A stretch of DNA of 64,000 bases from contig CBDCLE010000019.1 in assembly GCA_965218585.1 (NCBI GenBank), forward strand, positions 32,001 through 96,000. Direction: 5' to 3'. Position numbers and translations under genes: made by a program. Source of the DNA: Terriglobia bacterium (GTDB taxonomy: Bacteria; Acidobacteriota; Terriglobia; 20CM-2-55-15). Each line of letters starts with the position of its first letter. The stretch's first letter is position 1. Shown one piece after another: positions 19,256 through 28,926 of this stretch. The notes under the pieces were generated by a model. It was not told the origin of the DNA. It saw only the letters and a program-made list of their open reading frames with translations, and searched no databases.

Positions 19256-21050
19256 GGGCGGCTTCCTTCCCCGGAACGCGCTGACCGGAACGGATGAAAT
19301 CTTCGAACTCGTCTCTGAATTTCGTGATGTATGACTGGACAGGCCAGGCCGCCGCGTCCGCAAAAACGCAGATCGTATTGCCTTCCATATCACCGGCGAT
19401 CGCCAGAAGGTCGTCCAGATCCCTGGGACTTCCCTGCCCCTGGGTGATGCGGCCGACGATGCGATGGACCCAGCCGGTTCCCTCACGGCAAGGTGAACAC
19501 TGGCCGCAGGACTCGTCTGCGAAGAATCGCGACGCGGACCTCAACGCCTCGACCATGGAGGTGGATTCATCCATGACGATGACGCCCCCGGATCCGGCCA
19601 TGGTTCCGGCATCCCTGAGCGAGTCGAAATCCATTTTCACGTCGATCTCATCAGCTCGCAGGATCTTGGCTGAGATACCCCCGGGAATGACGGCCTTGAG
19701 CTTGTTGCCATCGCGCACGCCCCCGGCATAATCCTCGCTCTCGATCAATTCCCGCAGGGTGATGCCGACCGACGCCTCGTAGACGCCGGGCCGGACCACG
19801 GGCCCGCTCACACAGAACAGGCGTGTTCCACCCTGGGTGTCGGAACCGATACCGGCGAAGCGCGCGGCGCCGTGGCGCATGACGAATGGAACGGCCGCGA
19901 GAGTCTCCACGTTGTTAACGATGGTGGGGCATCCGAAGAGACCCGAAATAGCCGGAAAAGGAGGTTTGAGCCTTGGAAAGCCTTTTCCTCCCTCAAGCGA
20001 GGTCAGGAGCGCGGTTTCTTCACCACAGATATAAGCGCCGGCACCACGGTGGATGACCACGTCGAGGTCAAAGTCCGTCCCCTGGATGTCTTTGCCAAGC
20101 CAGTTCTCGCTGTAAGCCTCATCTATGGCGCGCTGCAAACGCTTCGCCGACCTGAAATACTCGCCCCGAATGTAGACGTAGGCCTTATGACTGCCAATGG
20201 CATAGGCTGAGATGATCATGCCCTCGACGAGGGCGTGCGGGTCCCGCTCCAAAATGTAGCGGTCCTTGAAAGTCCCGGGCTCACCCTCGTCCGCATTAAC
20301 CACGAGGTATTTGGGCTGGGTCGTGTCCTTGGGAATAAAGGACCACTTCCTGCCAGCCGGAAAGCCCGCTCCGCCGAGACCACGCAGGTTGGCGTTGGAG
20401 ACTTCTTCGATCACCTGGGACGGGGTCATGGAGGTCAATACCTTCCCGGCCGCAGTGTATCCCGCATCGCCAACGTAGCTTTCGAACCAAGTTCCCTCGG
20501 GATCTATGAAGCGGGTGGAGAGCACGGGTCCATCCGAGGAAATATAGGGTTCGGGCTCTGGTGTCGATTCCGGGCTACCGGGTTCGGTGAAGGCGTCCTG
20601 GATGAGAGTGCCCACGGCCTCACTGTTGAGAGGACCCACAAAGCGTTCGTCGAGCTGCGCCATTGGCGCCATCTCGCACGCACACAGGCACTCAACTTCC
20701 GTGAGAGTGACCTCCCCACCCGGGGTGGTCTCACCCGGGTTGATCTTCAATCCATTCCTGATCCGGTCCAGCAGATCTTCGGCCCCTCCGAGGAGGCACG
20801 GCAGACTCGTGCAGACCCGAAGCTCCCGCCGCCCTACGGGCCGGGTATGAAACATGTTGTAAAAGGAGACTGCTTCACGCACCTGGGCGATAGATACGCC
20901 AAAAAGGCGTCCGACCCAGGCTTCCGCCTCGCCAGAAACGTAACCCTGATTCTGCTGGACGAGCCACAGGAGGGGAAGCATTGCCGCCTTCGGGTACTCG
21001 TACCGTTGGAGGATCTCCTTCGCCTTGCCTTCGAGTTCTGAGAGGTTCAC
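19248..21050 (-). CDS. nuoF: Fused NADH-quinone oxidoreductase subunits E and F
   Basis: N-terminal NuoE (CTSLPC, ECLCAC) fused to NuoF (GLGGAGF, NADEGEPGTFKD, GAYICGEE, SCGQCSPCREG). Confidence 0.92.
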   Translation of the reverse strand: MNLSELEGKAKEILQRYEYPKAAMLPLLWLVQQNQGYVSGEAEAWVGRLFGVSIAQVREAVSFYNMFHTRPVGRRELRVCTSLPCLLGGAEDLLDRIRNGLKINPGETTPGGEVTLTEVECLCACEMAPMAQLDERFVGPLNSEAVGTLIQDAFTEPGSPESTPEPEPYISSDGPVLSTRFIDPEGTWFESYVGDAGYTAAGKVLTSMTPSQVIEEVSNANLRGLGGAGFPAGRKWSFIPKDTTQPKYLVVNADEGEPGTFKDRYILERDPHALVEGMIISAYAIGSHKAYVYIRGEYFRSAKRLQRAIDEAYSENWLGKDIQGTDFDLDVVIHRGAGAYICGEETALLTSLEGGKGFPRLKPPFPAISGLFGCPTIVNNVETLAAVPFVMRHGAARFAGIGSDTQGGTRLFCVSGPVVRPGVYEASVGITLRELIESEDYAGGVRDGNKLKAVIPGGISAKILRADEIDVKMDFDSLRDAGTMAGSGGVIVMDESTSMVEALRSASRFFADESCGQCSPCREGTGWVHRIVGRITQGQGSPRDLDDLLAIAGDMEGNTICVFADAAAWPVQSYITKFRDEFEDFIRSGQRVPGKEAAHA

Positions 21051-22429
21051 CGGTCGAGTTCTCCGCCGATCATGTTGACTGACCCAAAAGTGGGGACCAT
21101 ATCGGCCATCATGTCCCCGATGAGGAGCGTGGGCAGTGCCGACATAATAGCGAAGCAGGGCGGGCGGACCCGGACCCGGTAGGCACGTTCGGCGCCGTCG
21201 CTTACAACGTAGAATCCGAGTTCTCCGTTTGCGCCCTCCACCGGGAAATAAACTTCTCCCTCGGGCGGTCGCACGCCGTGGCCGAACATGACCAGCTTGA
21301 AGTGGTTCATGAGCCCCTCGATGTTGCCGTAGGTATCCTCTTTAGGGGGTAGGGAGACGCGTTTCTCATCTGTGGCAATGGACGGATGTTCCCCGCGACT
21401 CGCTCCCTCGAGAGTGGGTCCGACCACGGCCCGTCCATCTGAAATGGCCTCGATGTTGCCGATCTTGGCCAGGTCCACCATCTCGGCGGCGGGGATCGCC
21501 CGACCCGTCTCAGGGTCGACCAGAATCGGACCGGGCGGTATGTCGGCAAGCGCCGTTTCCACGATACGCATGGACTGTTCCATTTCTTCCATGCGTACCA
21601 GATAGCGATCCATGTTGTCGCCCCGGCTTCCGACCGGCACGTCGAAAGGTATCCGGTCGTAGACGGCGTACGGGCAGTCTTTGCGCACGTCGTAGTCCGA
21701 TCCGGTGGCACGCAGGAACGGTCCTGTGATCCCATAGGCGATCGCGTCGTCTGTGGAAATTACACCTGTTCCGTTCATGCGGTCGGTGAAAATACGGTTA
21801 CGCGTGAGGAGCCCATCGGCCTCGGCGAGGACCTTGCGGGTCTCCCGAAAGGCCTCGTGGCAAGGCTCGGCGAAGTCATCGGGAAGGTCGGCTTTAACAC
21901 CGCCCACGCGGCAGTAAGTGACCGTCAACCGCGCGCCGGTGACCTTCTCGATCAATTCCCACAGATACTCACGGGCCTTGATCATGTACAGAAAGACGCT
22001 GAACGCGCCCAACTCCATAGCGGTGGCGCCGACGCAGGTCAGGTGATCCGAGATCCTTGAAATCTCGGAGAGAATAACCCGGATGTAGTGGCAACGCTCG
22101 GGGACCGAGATCCCGAGGAGCTTCTCCACCGCCATGCAGTAGCCCATGTTGTTGATAAGTGGCGACACATAGTTGAGCCGGTCGGTGTAAGGCATGACGC
22201 CGTTGTAGTCCACCGTTTCAGCCATCTTCTCGAATCCGCGGTGCAGGTAGCCAATCTCCACTTCGGCGTCCTCGATCTGCTCCCCGTCGAGCTTGGCGAC
22301 GATCCGGACAATCCCGTGCATGGCGGGGTGTGCGGGGCCCACGTTGAGAAGCATGTCGCGCGTTTCGAGTTCTGCTGGCTCGCTTCCAGACGTCGGTGTC
22401 GCTCCGTGGAATGGGATATTTTTTGCCAT
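21047..22429 (-). CDS. nuoD: NADH-quinone oxidoreductase subunit D
   Basis: GPAHPAMHG, GYLHRGFEK, DRLNY, C-terminal GELDR. Confidence 0.95.
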   Translation of the reverse strand: MAKNIPFHGATPTSGSEPAELETRDMLLNVGPAHPAMHGIVRIVAKLDGEQIEDAEVEIGYLHRGFEKMAETVDYNGVMPYTDRLNYVSPLINNMGYCMAVEKLLGISVPERCHYIRVILSEISRISDHLTCVGATAMELGAFSVFLYMIKAREYLWELIEKVTGARLTVTYCRVGGVKADLPDDFAEPCHEAFRETRKVLAEADGLLTRNRIFTDRMNGTGVISTDDAIAYGITGPFLRATGSDYDVRKDCPYAVYDRIPFDVPVGSRGDNMDRYLVRMEEMEQSMRIVETALADIPPGPILVDPETGRAIPAAEMVDLAKIGNIEAISDGRAVVGPTLEGASRGEHPSIATDEKRVSLPPKEDTYGNIEGLMNHFKLVMFGHGVRPPEGEVYFPVEGANGELGFYVVSDGAERAYRVRVRPPCFAIMSALPTLLIGDMMADMVPTFGSVNMIGGELDR

Positions 22430-22439
22430 GGGCTGCGGC

Positions 22440-23021
22440 TTAGTTGGTTGGTCCGATCAGCGGCTGACGCTTTTTGACGGGATAGTCCTTCCGTAGAGGA
22501 TGCCCTTCGAACCCTTCGTACAAGAGAATGCGCTTCAAATTGGGATGCCCTTTAAAGCGGATCCCGAACATGTCCCAGACCTCACGCTCAAGCCAGTCGG
22601 CGCCTGGCCATAACGAGGTCAGGGAATCCAACTCGGCAGCGGTCTCTTCCACCGGGACAACCAGCCGCAGTCGGTGCTTGTGGACTGTCGAGAAGAAGTG
22701 GTACACGACCCCGAACCGCCCTTGCTCCGGAGGGCCGGGCCAGGATTCTTCATCAGGGATCTGGGAAGACGGCCTTACCTTCACTCCCGAAGAAGCGAAG
22801 AAGGCGGGCGTTGCCTGTTTCCCGAAAGCGGAGTAGTCGACGGCCGTCAGATCCATGAGTGCGTTCAATTGTAAGGCTGGCTCTTCCTTGAGAAATTCCG
22901 CCACGTCGAGCAAAAAATTCGAACGAAGAACCAGCGTGGCATCGCCCCTGTAAGTATGGGAGGTTGCTACTGCAGCGGGCCAACGGTCTTGGACGGACTG
23001 GATCAGAGAGGCGGCGTTCAT
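22440..23021 (-). CDS. nuoC: NADH-quinone oxidoreductase subunit C
   Basis: DLTAVDY, EREVWDMFGI, GHPLRKDYP. Confidence 0.95.
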   Translation of the reverse strand: MNAASLIQSVQDRWPAAVATSHTYRGDATLVLRSNFLLDVAEFLKEEPALQLNALMDLTAVDYSAFGKQATPAFFASSGVKVRPSSQIPDEESWPGPPEQGRFGVVYHFFSTVHKHRLRLVVPVEETAAELDSLTSLWPGADWLEREVWDMFGIRFKGHPNLKRILLYEGFEGHPLRKDYPVKKRQPLIGPTN

Positions 23022-23521
23022 GCTTCAAAGATGTCCGGGCGAGGTTCAGCTGCGGCGCGCACGCCGGTTATTCCATGGTCCTGAATCTTGTCCTGGAGTT
23101 TTATCAGACCATCGAGGACCATTTCGGGCCGCGGTGGGCATCCGGGTATGTAGACATCCACCGGGATGATGGTATCGATGCCCATCACAGTCGCGTAGTT
23201 GTCGTAAAACCCGCCCGTGCACGTGCAGACGCCAAAAGCGACTACCCACTTGGGATCCGCCATCTGCTCATGGATACGATTGAGGACAGGCGCCATCTTG
23301 TGGCTGATCGTGCCCACGACGAAAAGTACGTCGGCCTGTCGCGGAGAAAACCTCGGGAAGCCGGCTCCGAAGCGGTCCACGTCGTAGTGAGAGCAGGCCG
23401 TTGCCATGTATTCCATCCCGCAGCACGCCGTGACAAACGGGTACTGGAAGATCGAGTATTTTCGGGCCCAACCGATTGCGTCATCAAGCCGGCTTGTGAG
23501 AAACGATGTGTCGTTGAACAT
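23018..23521 (-). CDS. nuoB: NADH-quinone oxidoreductase subunit B
   Basis: TACCGME, SPRQAD, PVDVYIPGCPPRPE. Confidence 0.95.
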   Translation of the reverse strand: MFNDTSFLTSRLDDAIGWARKYSIFQYPFVTACCGMEYMATACSHYDVDRFGAGFPRFSPRQADVLFVVGTISHKMAPVLNRIHEQMADPKWVVAFGVCTCTGGFYDNYATVMGIDTIIPVDVYIPGCPPRPEMVLDGLIKLQDKIQDHGITGVRAAAEPRPDIFEA

Positions 23522-23544
23522 AGTTTATTGATCTAATCGCCAGT

Positions 23545-23898
23545 TCATTCCCAGTCAAGAGCGCCGTTATCCCAGGCATAAACGTAGCCCGCCATCAGGA
23601 TGCCCAGAAAGATTCCCATTTCGACCAGACCCAACAGCCCCAGCTGGCGGTAAAGTACGGCCCATGGATAGAGGAAGACAAGCTCGACGTCAAACGGGAT
23701 GAACAGAATAGCAGTCAGATAGAACTTGATCGCCAACTTACCTATCGGGAGGGAAAACGGATCCATCCCGGACTCGAACGGCGACAATTTTACGGGCGTC
23801 GGATTCTTCTTTCCCAGCGTGGAACTCAAGAAGACCATTGCGCCCGCGATCCCAGCAGCCAGAACGAAGCTGACGGCGATCCCTATGTATTCGTTCAT
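23545..23898 (-). CDS. nuoA: NADH-quinone oxidoreductase subunit A
   Basis: PFESG, KFYLTAILF, FDVE, LYPWA. Confidence 0.95.
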   Translation of the reverse strand: MNEYIGIAVSFVLAAGIAGAMVFLSSTLGKKNPTPVKLSPFESGMDPFSLPIGKLAIKFYLTAILFIPFDVELVFLYPWAVLYRQLGLLGLVEMGIFLGILMAGYVYAWDNGALDWE

Positions 23899-24025
23899 AA
23901 GTCGCTATCCCGGACCCGACCATTTGCCAAGCCGTAGAAACTCCTCTGATGGAGCTTGTGCTTCGCAGAGACGATGCTGCCAGAGAGTTTTCGAGCAGAC
24001 TTGCTAGTGTACATCATAGCAGCCA

Positions 24026-25447
24026 TCACGGCGACACCGCCCAGAGCGTCACACTCCCCGGGGAAATTCCGCCAATCAAGGTGACCAGAGCGGCCAGGGC
24101 GAGTGCCGCCGACACCGCTACCGGGAAGGGCTTGGGCGCAGATTCTTCGGGTTCCCTCATGTACATGAGGACGGCTACCCGCATGTAGACAAACGCTGAA
24201 ATCACGCTGCAAGCCAGGGCCAGCACGGCCAGTGCAATGTAGCCTGAGCCGACAGCGCTCAAGATTACAATGAACTTGGCGGCGAACCCAGCAGTCGGAG
24301 GAATGCCGGTCAGAGACAAAAGAAACAGCAGCATGAGGGCAGCTACACCGGGTCGCTGCCGAGCCAGACCCCGGTAGCCGTCCAGGGTCTGGCCGCGCTC
24401 ACCCAGTGCGATGACCACGCCAAAGGTCCCTAGCGTCATGAAGACGTAGAAGAAGGCATAGGTCATTGTTGCGGAAGTCCCTTCGGGGGTACTGGCGATC
24501 AGGCCCAGGAGGGCGTAACCCGCATGCGCGATTGAAGAATAGGCCAGCAGACGCTTCATGTCGGTCTGGGCCAGAGCCACTATGCTGCCGACGACAATCG
24601 AGAGGGCGGCGAACCCCGCCAGAATAAGGGATAGGACGTAGGCCTGGGAGCCGAACGCGATCAGGGAGACCCGTCCCAGAGCAGCCAGGCCGACCGCCTT
24701 GGAGCCGGCTGCCAGGAAGCCCGCGACGGGTGTTGTCGCACCTTGGTAAGCGTCCGGAGCCCAGGCATGGAACGGCACTGCCGCAACCTTGAAGGCAAGC
24801 CCGCCGGCCACCAGCCCGCCGGCCATCAACAGAAGCGGGCTGTCCCCCAGACCTTGATCGGAAATAGCCGAGGCAATGGAGGGAAAGTCCGTGGCGCCGG
24901 TAACGCCGTAAGTCAGGGCAATTCCGTAGAGAAGCAGGGCCGAGGCGAAAGAACCCAGAAGGAAATACTTGATCGCGGCCTCGTTTGACGCCGGCCTGTC
25001 GACCGCGATCCCGACCAGGATGTAGGAGCAGAGCGTCATAAGTTCCAGGCCCAGATAGAGGGTCAGCAGATCCAGCGATGAAACTGCAAGCATCATTCCC
25101 GTCGAAGCTAACAGGAGCAGGGCATGGTACTCCCCAGGCGGAACCCGTTCGGTCTCGTGGCTCCTCACGGAGAGAAGAGCGACAAGAGCCAATGTGCCGG
25201 CGATGAGCACCTTGAAGAATTGAGAATAGCTGTCCAGGGTGAGCATTCCACCAAATCCGACCTGGGTGCCTCCAGACAAAGCCCAGGCCGAGGCCAGGCC
25301 AGCCGACAACGCAGCAAGTACTGTTCCGATTGCGGCAGCCTGCGTTTTCTGGATCCGACGCGCGACTAGAATCAGCACCAGGGCCATGCCGACCAGAATC
25401 AGCTCCGGGACCAACAAGGCGAGGTCAGACAGGGTCGCACCGTTCAT
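24026..25447 (-). CDS. nuoN: NADH-quinone oxidoreductase subunit N
   Basis: EAAIKYFLLG, FKVAAVPFHAWAPDAYQG, KRLLAYSSIAH, GIPPTAGF. Confidence 0.93.
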   Translation of the reverse strand: MNGATLSDLALLVPELILVGMALVLILVARRIQKTQAAAIGTVLAALSAGLASAWALSGGTQVGFGGMLTLDSYSQFFKVLIAGTLALVALLSVRSHETERVPPGEYHALLLLASTGMMLAVSSLDLLTLYLGLELMTLCSYILVGIAVDRPASNEAAIKYFLLGSFASALLLYGIALTYGVTGATDFPSIASAISDQGLGDSPLLLMAGGLVAGGLAFKVAAVPFHAWAPDAYQGATTPVAGFLAAGSKAVGLAALGRVSLIAFGSQAYVLSLILAGFAALSIVVGSIVALAQTDMKRLLAYSSIAHAGYALLGLIASTPEGTSATMTYAFFYVFMTLGTFGVVIALGERGQTLDGYRGLARQRPGVAALMLLFLLSLTGIPPTAGFAAKFIVILSAVGSGYIALAVLALACSVISAFVYMRVAVLMYMREPEESAPKPFPVAVSAALALAALVTLIGGISPGSVTLWAVSP

Positions 25448-26910
25448 GGTGTGACTCCGATAGCAAGGAGTTCGGCCACGGGAGCGTGCAGATAAGACAG
25501 GACCAGATCAGGGTAGACGCCGAGACACACTGCGAAAAAGACCAGAGGGGCAAGGGTTGCCACTTCCCGGACGTTGAGCTCGAGCCGGAGCCCCTGGAGA
25601 GCGGGGTTGATCTCGCCCATGACTACGCGATAATAGAGCCAGACGAGGTAGGCCGTTCCAAGGACCACGCCCCAGACTGCCGCGGCCCCCAGCCAAACCT
25701 CGGTCCTGAAAGCCCCACCGATGATGAGAAACTCTCCTACGAACGAATTCAGACCTGGGAATCCCGCGCCGGCCAGGCAGAAGAGCGCCAGGAGGGTGGA
25801 GTAGACCGGTGCGGTTTTGGCAACCCCCCCATAATCCTTGATCTCGCGCGTGTGGGTACGCTCGTAGATCATGCCGACGCACAAGAAGAGCGCTGCCGAG
25901 ATAATCCCGTGGTTGATCATCTGGAGGATCGCGCCTTCGACCCCGCTGCGGTCGAGCGTAAAAATGCCCAGCGTGACGAAACCCATGTGGCTGATGCTTG
26001 AGAAGGCGATGAGCCGTTTGACGTCCGTCTGGACAAGCGTCACGTACGCGCCATAAACGATCGCCACGACGGAGATGACGAGCATCGGCGTCAAGAAAAG
26101 ATCCACGGCATCGGGGAGAATGGGCAGCGAGACGCGCAGGAAACCGTAGGCTCCCATCTTGAGAAGGATCCCGGCCAGGATCACGCTGCCCGCGGTGGGG
26201 GCTTCGGTGTGGGCGTCCGGGAGCCAGGTATGCACCGGAAACATGGGCACCTTGACCGCGAAGGCGGCCAGAAAAGCTGCGAAGAGCCAGGCTTGCTGCC
26301 CCGGTTCGAGGCTCTCCCGGGCCAGGGTGAGGGCCCTGAAGTCCAGTGTGCCCAATGCGTTGTAAAGCGCGATCATACCCACGAGCATGAAAACGCTTCC
26401 GGCGAGAGTGAAGAGCAGAAACTTGATTGATGCGTAGACGCGCCGAGGCCCTCCCCAGACGCCGATCAGTAGAAAGACGGGAACGAGGATGAGTTCCCAG
26501 AAGACAAAGAAGAGAAAAAGATTCGAGGCCGCAAAAAGGCCGATCATCGCTGTTTCCGCTACCAGGAGCGCCGCGTAGAACTCTCGAACCCGCGTTTGGA
26601 TGGCTGACCATGAGGCACCGATGCAAAGGATGCCGAGGAGCGAGGCGAGGAAGATGAAGGGAAGGCTGATGCCATCAACTCCCATGCTGTAAGCGATGTT
26701 CCATGCCGGGATCCAGGCCCGCGACTCGACGAACTGCAGGGCGCTTGAGGCCTTGTCAAACCCCAAGTACAGTGGGGTCGAGACGGCCAGCGTCGCTAGT
26801 GTAGCGGTGAGGGCGACCCAGCGCGCAAGTCGCTCGCTGCCCAGGAGCAGGATAAGGACCGCACCGGCGAGAGGCAGAAATGTGGTGACTGTGAGGACTG
26901 GATAGCTCAT
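25444..26910 (-). CDS. nuoM: NADH-quinone oxidoreductase subunit M
   Basis: GVDGIS, FFVFWE, KVPMFPVHTWLPDAHTEAP, NSFVGEF. Confidence 0.93.
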   Translation of the reverse strand: MSYPVLTVTTFLPLAGAVLILLLGSERLARWVALTATLATLAVSTPLYLGFDKASSALQFVESRAWIPAWNIAYSMGVDGISLPFIFLASLLGILCIGASWSAIQTRVREFYAALLVAETAMIGLFAASNLFLFFVFWELILVPVFLLIGVWGGPRRVYASIKFLLFTLAGSVFMLVGMIALYNALGTLDFRALTLARESLEPGQQAWLFAAFLAAFAVKVPMFPVHTWLPDAHTEAPTAGSVILAGILLKMGAYGFLRVSLPILPDAVDLFLTPMLVISVVAIVYGAYVTLVQTDVKRLIAFSSISHMGFVTLGIFTLDRSGVEGAILQMINHGIISAALFLCVGMIYERTHTREIKDYGGVAKTAPVYSTLLALFCLAGAGFPGLNSFVGEFLIIGGAFRTEVWLGAAAVWGVVLGTAYLVWLYYRVVMGEINPALQGLRLELNVREVATLAPLVFFAVCLGVYPDLVLSYLHAPVAELLAIGVTP

Positions 26911-28673
26911 TAAAAGAACACTGCCAGGGCCAGAAGTGCGAGAATTCCCGCAGCCATGATCAACCCGTAATACTGGATGTGGCCGTTTCCTACAATCTTC
27001 AAAACTTGGCTCAAGGTCTCGGTCGAGCGGCCCACTCCAACGATTGTGGAATCAACGACGAGGCTGTCAAGCCGGTTTAACAGATTTGCCACTCCCAACA
27101 CGGGCCGACGGACCACAAACTCATAGATCTCTCCGATAAAGCCGTACTCAAGGCGCGCCAGCGGTTCGGGGACGAGAGTTCGAAAGCTGGCCGAGGGACG
27201 GCGGTAGAACCAATCCGTGTCGAGGCTGACCTTGGGTTCCGGATCGAGGTGCTTAAGGAGTAAGAAAAACCCCAGCGCAGTAAAGCCCAACATTCCAAGC
27301 GTGCTGGTGACGTGCGTCAAGGTATATGGAATATAATCCGCCGGGTTCGGGAGGTAACCGTACAAGAGTCCGGGAAACACTCCAATCAAAACGCAGGCGA
27401 ATGCAGCCAAGCCCATGGCTACGAGCATGTTTGCCGGCGGCTCCTCGGCGCGCAGCCCGGAGTCTTTCCCGAAGAACATGTAATACGGCAGCTTAAGGCC
27501 CGTGTGCAGGAACGTGCCGGCCGAGGCCAGAGTGAGCATTAGAAAAACTAGCGTTAGGTGTTCCTCCCCCGCGGCGGAGACCACCATGGACTTGCTCACG
27601 AAACCGCTGAAGAGTGGGAATGCCGAAATAGCAAAGGCGCCGATCATGTAGAGACCGAGCGTTACGGGCATCGTCTTGTAGAGTCCCCCCATTTCGCTGA
27701 GCTTTCTCACGCCCGCCATCTGGATGACGGCGCCGGCTCCCATAAAGAGAAGTGCCTTGTAAATGATGTGAGCGAAGGCGTGGGCCGTGGCACCGTTTAT
27801 GGCCAGCGCGGTGCCGATTCCTACCCCACAGACCATGTAGCCTACCTGGCTGATGATGTGGTAGGCCAGCAACCGGCGCGCATCGTTTTCAAGCACCGCG
27901 TAGACGACGCCGTAAATCGCCATCGCCGCTCCCAACCAAATCAGGATGTCCGTCCCTGCGAAGCCTCGGATCAAGACATAGACTGCGGATTTGGTTGTGA
28001 AAGCGGTCATGAAGACTGCGCCTGTAACCGTTGCCTCGGGGTAGGCGTCGGGAAGCCACGCCCCCAGAGGAGGAACGGCTGCGTTGAGAAGGAAAGCAAC
28101 GAGGATCAGGGTCCAGGCCGCGCCGCCGGAAAATCCCCCCATGTCCTCGAAAGCAAGCGACCCGGTCTGGGACCAGTGAATTACAATCCCTGCCAGGAGG
28201 ACGAGTCCTCCGACAATGTGGACGAGAAGGTAACGGAAACCGGCGGCCACTGCAGACGGTTCCCTTCTGAGCCACACCAGGAGCACGGACGAAATTGCCA
28301 TGAGCTCCCAGAAGAGGTACAGGGAAAGGAAGTCCCCGGCAAAAGTCACTCCCAGGGCGCCCCCTGCATAAGTCAGCGCGCTGATATGCTGGAAGTCGTC
28401 CTTGACATGAAGAGCGTAGACCATGCCCAGGAAGGCCATGAGCGAGAAAACATAGGAAAACACGAGGCTCAAACTGTCCACCCGGCCGAGCACCAGGTCC
28501 TGCCCCAGGAACGTTACGGCACCATAGGTTCCGGGCGACATCCACAGACAATCGATCAGCGCGGCCCCAGGTACGACCAGCATGGCCACGCGTTTGACCG
28601 GGCCTTTGAGGAATACTATGACCCAGGCGCCGCCGATGAGCAGGAGCCCAGGGTGGATCCACTCAAGAGTCAT
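26910..28673 (-). CDS. Mrp-type Na+/H+ antiporter subunit D-like protein in the NuoL position
   Basis: AWLPDAYPEATVTG, FTTKSAVY, RRLLAYHIISQVG, PLFSGFVSK, SLDTDWFYR. Confidence 0.85.
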   Translation of the reverse strand: MTLEWIHPGLLLIGGAWVIVFLKGPVKRVAMLVVPGAALIDCLWMSPGTYGAVTFLGQDLVLGRVDSLSLVFSYVFSLMAFLGMVYALHVKDDFQHISALTYAGGALGVTFAGDFLSLYLFWELMAISSVLLVWLRREPSAVAAGFRYLLVHIVGGLVLLAGIVIHWSQTGSLAFEDMGGFSGGAAWTLILVAFLLNAAVPPLGAWLPDAYPEATVTGAVFMTAFTTKSAVYVLIRGFAGTDILIWLGAAMAIYGVVYAVLENDARRLLAYHIISQVGYMVCGVGIGTALAINGATAHAFAHIIYKALLFMGAGAVIQMAGVRKLSEMGGLYKTMPVTLGLYMIGAFAISAFPLFSGFVSKSMVVSAAGEEHLTLVFLMLTLASAGTFLHTGLKLPYYMFFGKDSGLRAEEPPANMLVAMGLAAFACVLIGVFPGLLYGYLPNPADYIPYTLTHVTSTLGMLGFTALGFFLLLKHLDPEPKVSLDTDWFYRRPSASFRTLVPEPLARLEYGFIGEIYEFVVRRPVLGVANLLNRLDSLVVDSTIVGVGRSTETLSQVLKIVGNGHIQYYGLIMAAGILALLALAVFF

Positions 28674-28926
28674 AGTAATTCTCGCGGCGCATGAGCCACG
28701 CCTTTCCGATCAGTTTGGATATGACGATGATCGCCACGCATGAGATCAGCCCGTAGATCGAGCCCCATGCCGGGAAGCCCTCGAATCCAAAGTGGTGATC
28801 GCCGCCATCGAAGATGAGCGGCAGAACGATTTCGGCGACGGCTATGACACACAGGACGAGGTAGAAAACGCGCTTTATGCGGGTAAAACGAACCTTGTCT
28901 TCCAACTGTCTTTCCAGAAAGTTCAC
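28663..28926 (-). CDS. Small two-TM protein between the antiporter-like subunits
   Basis: GTG start overlaps the upstream TGA. HFGFEGFP..YGLISC, LMRRENYY. Confidence 0.75.
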   Translation of the reverse strand: MNFLERQLEDKVRFTRIKRVFYLVLCVIAVAEIVLPLIFDGGDHHFGFEGFPAWGSIYGLISCVAIIVISKLIGKAWLMRRENYYDS

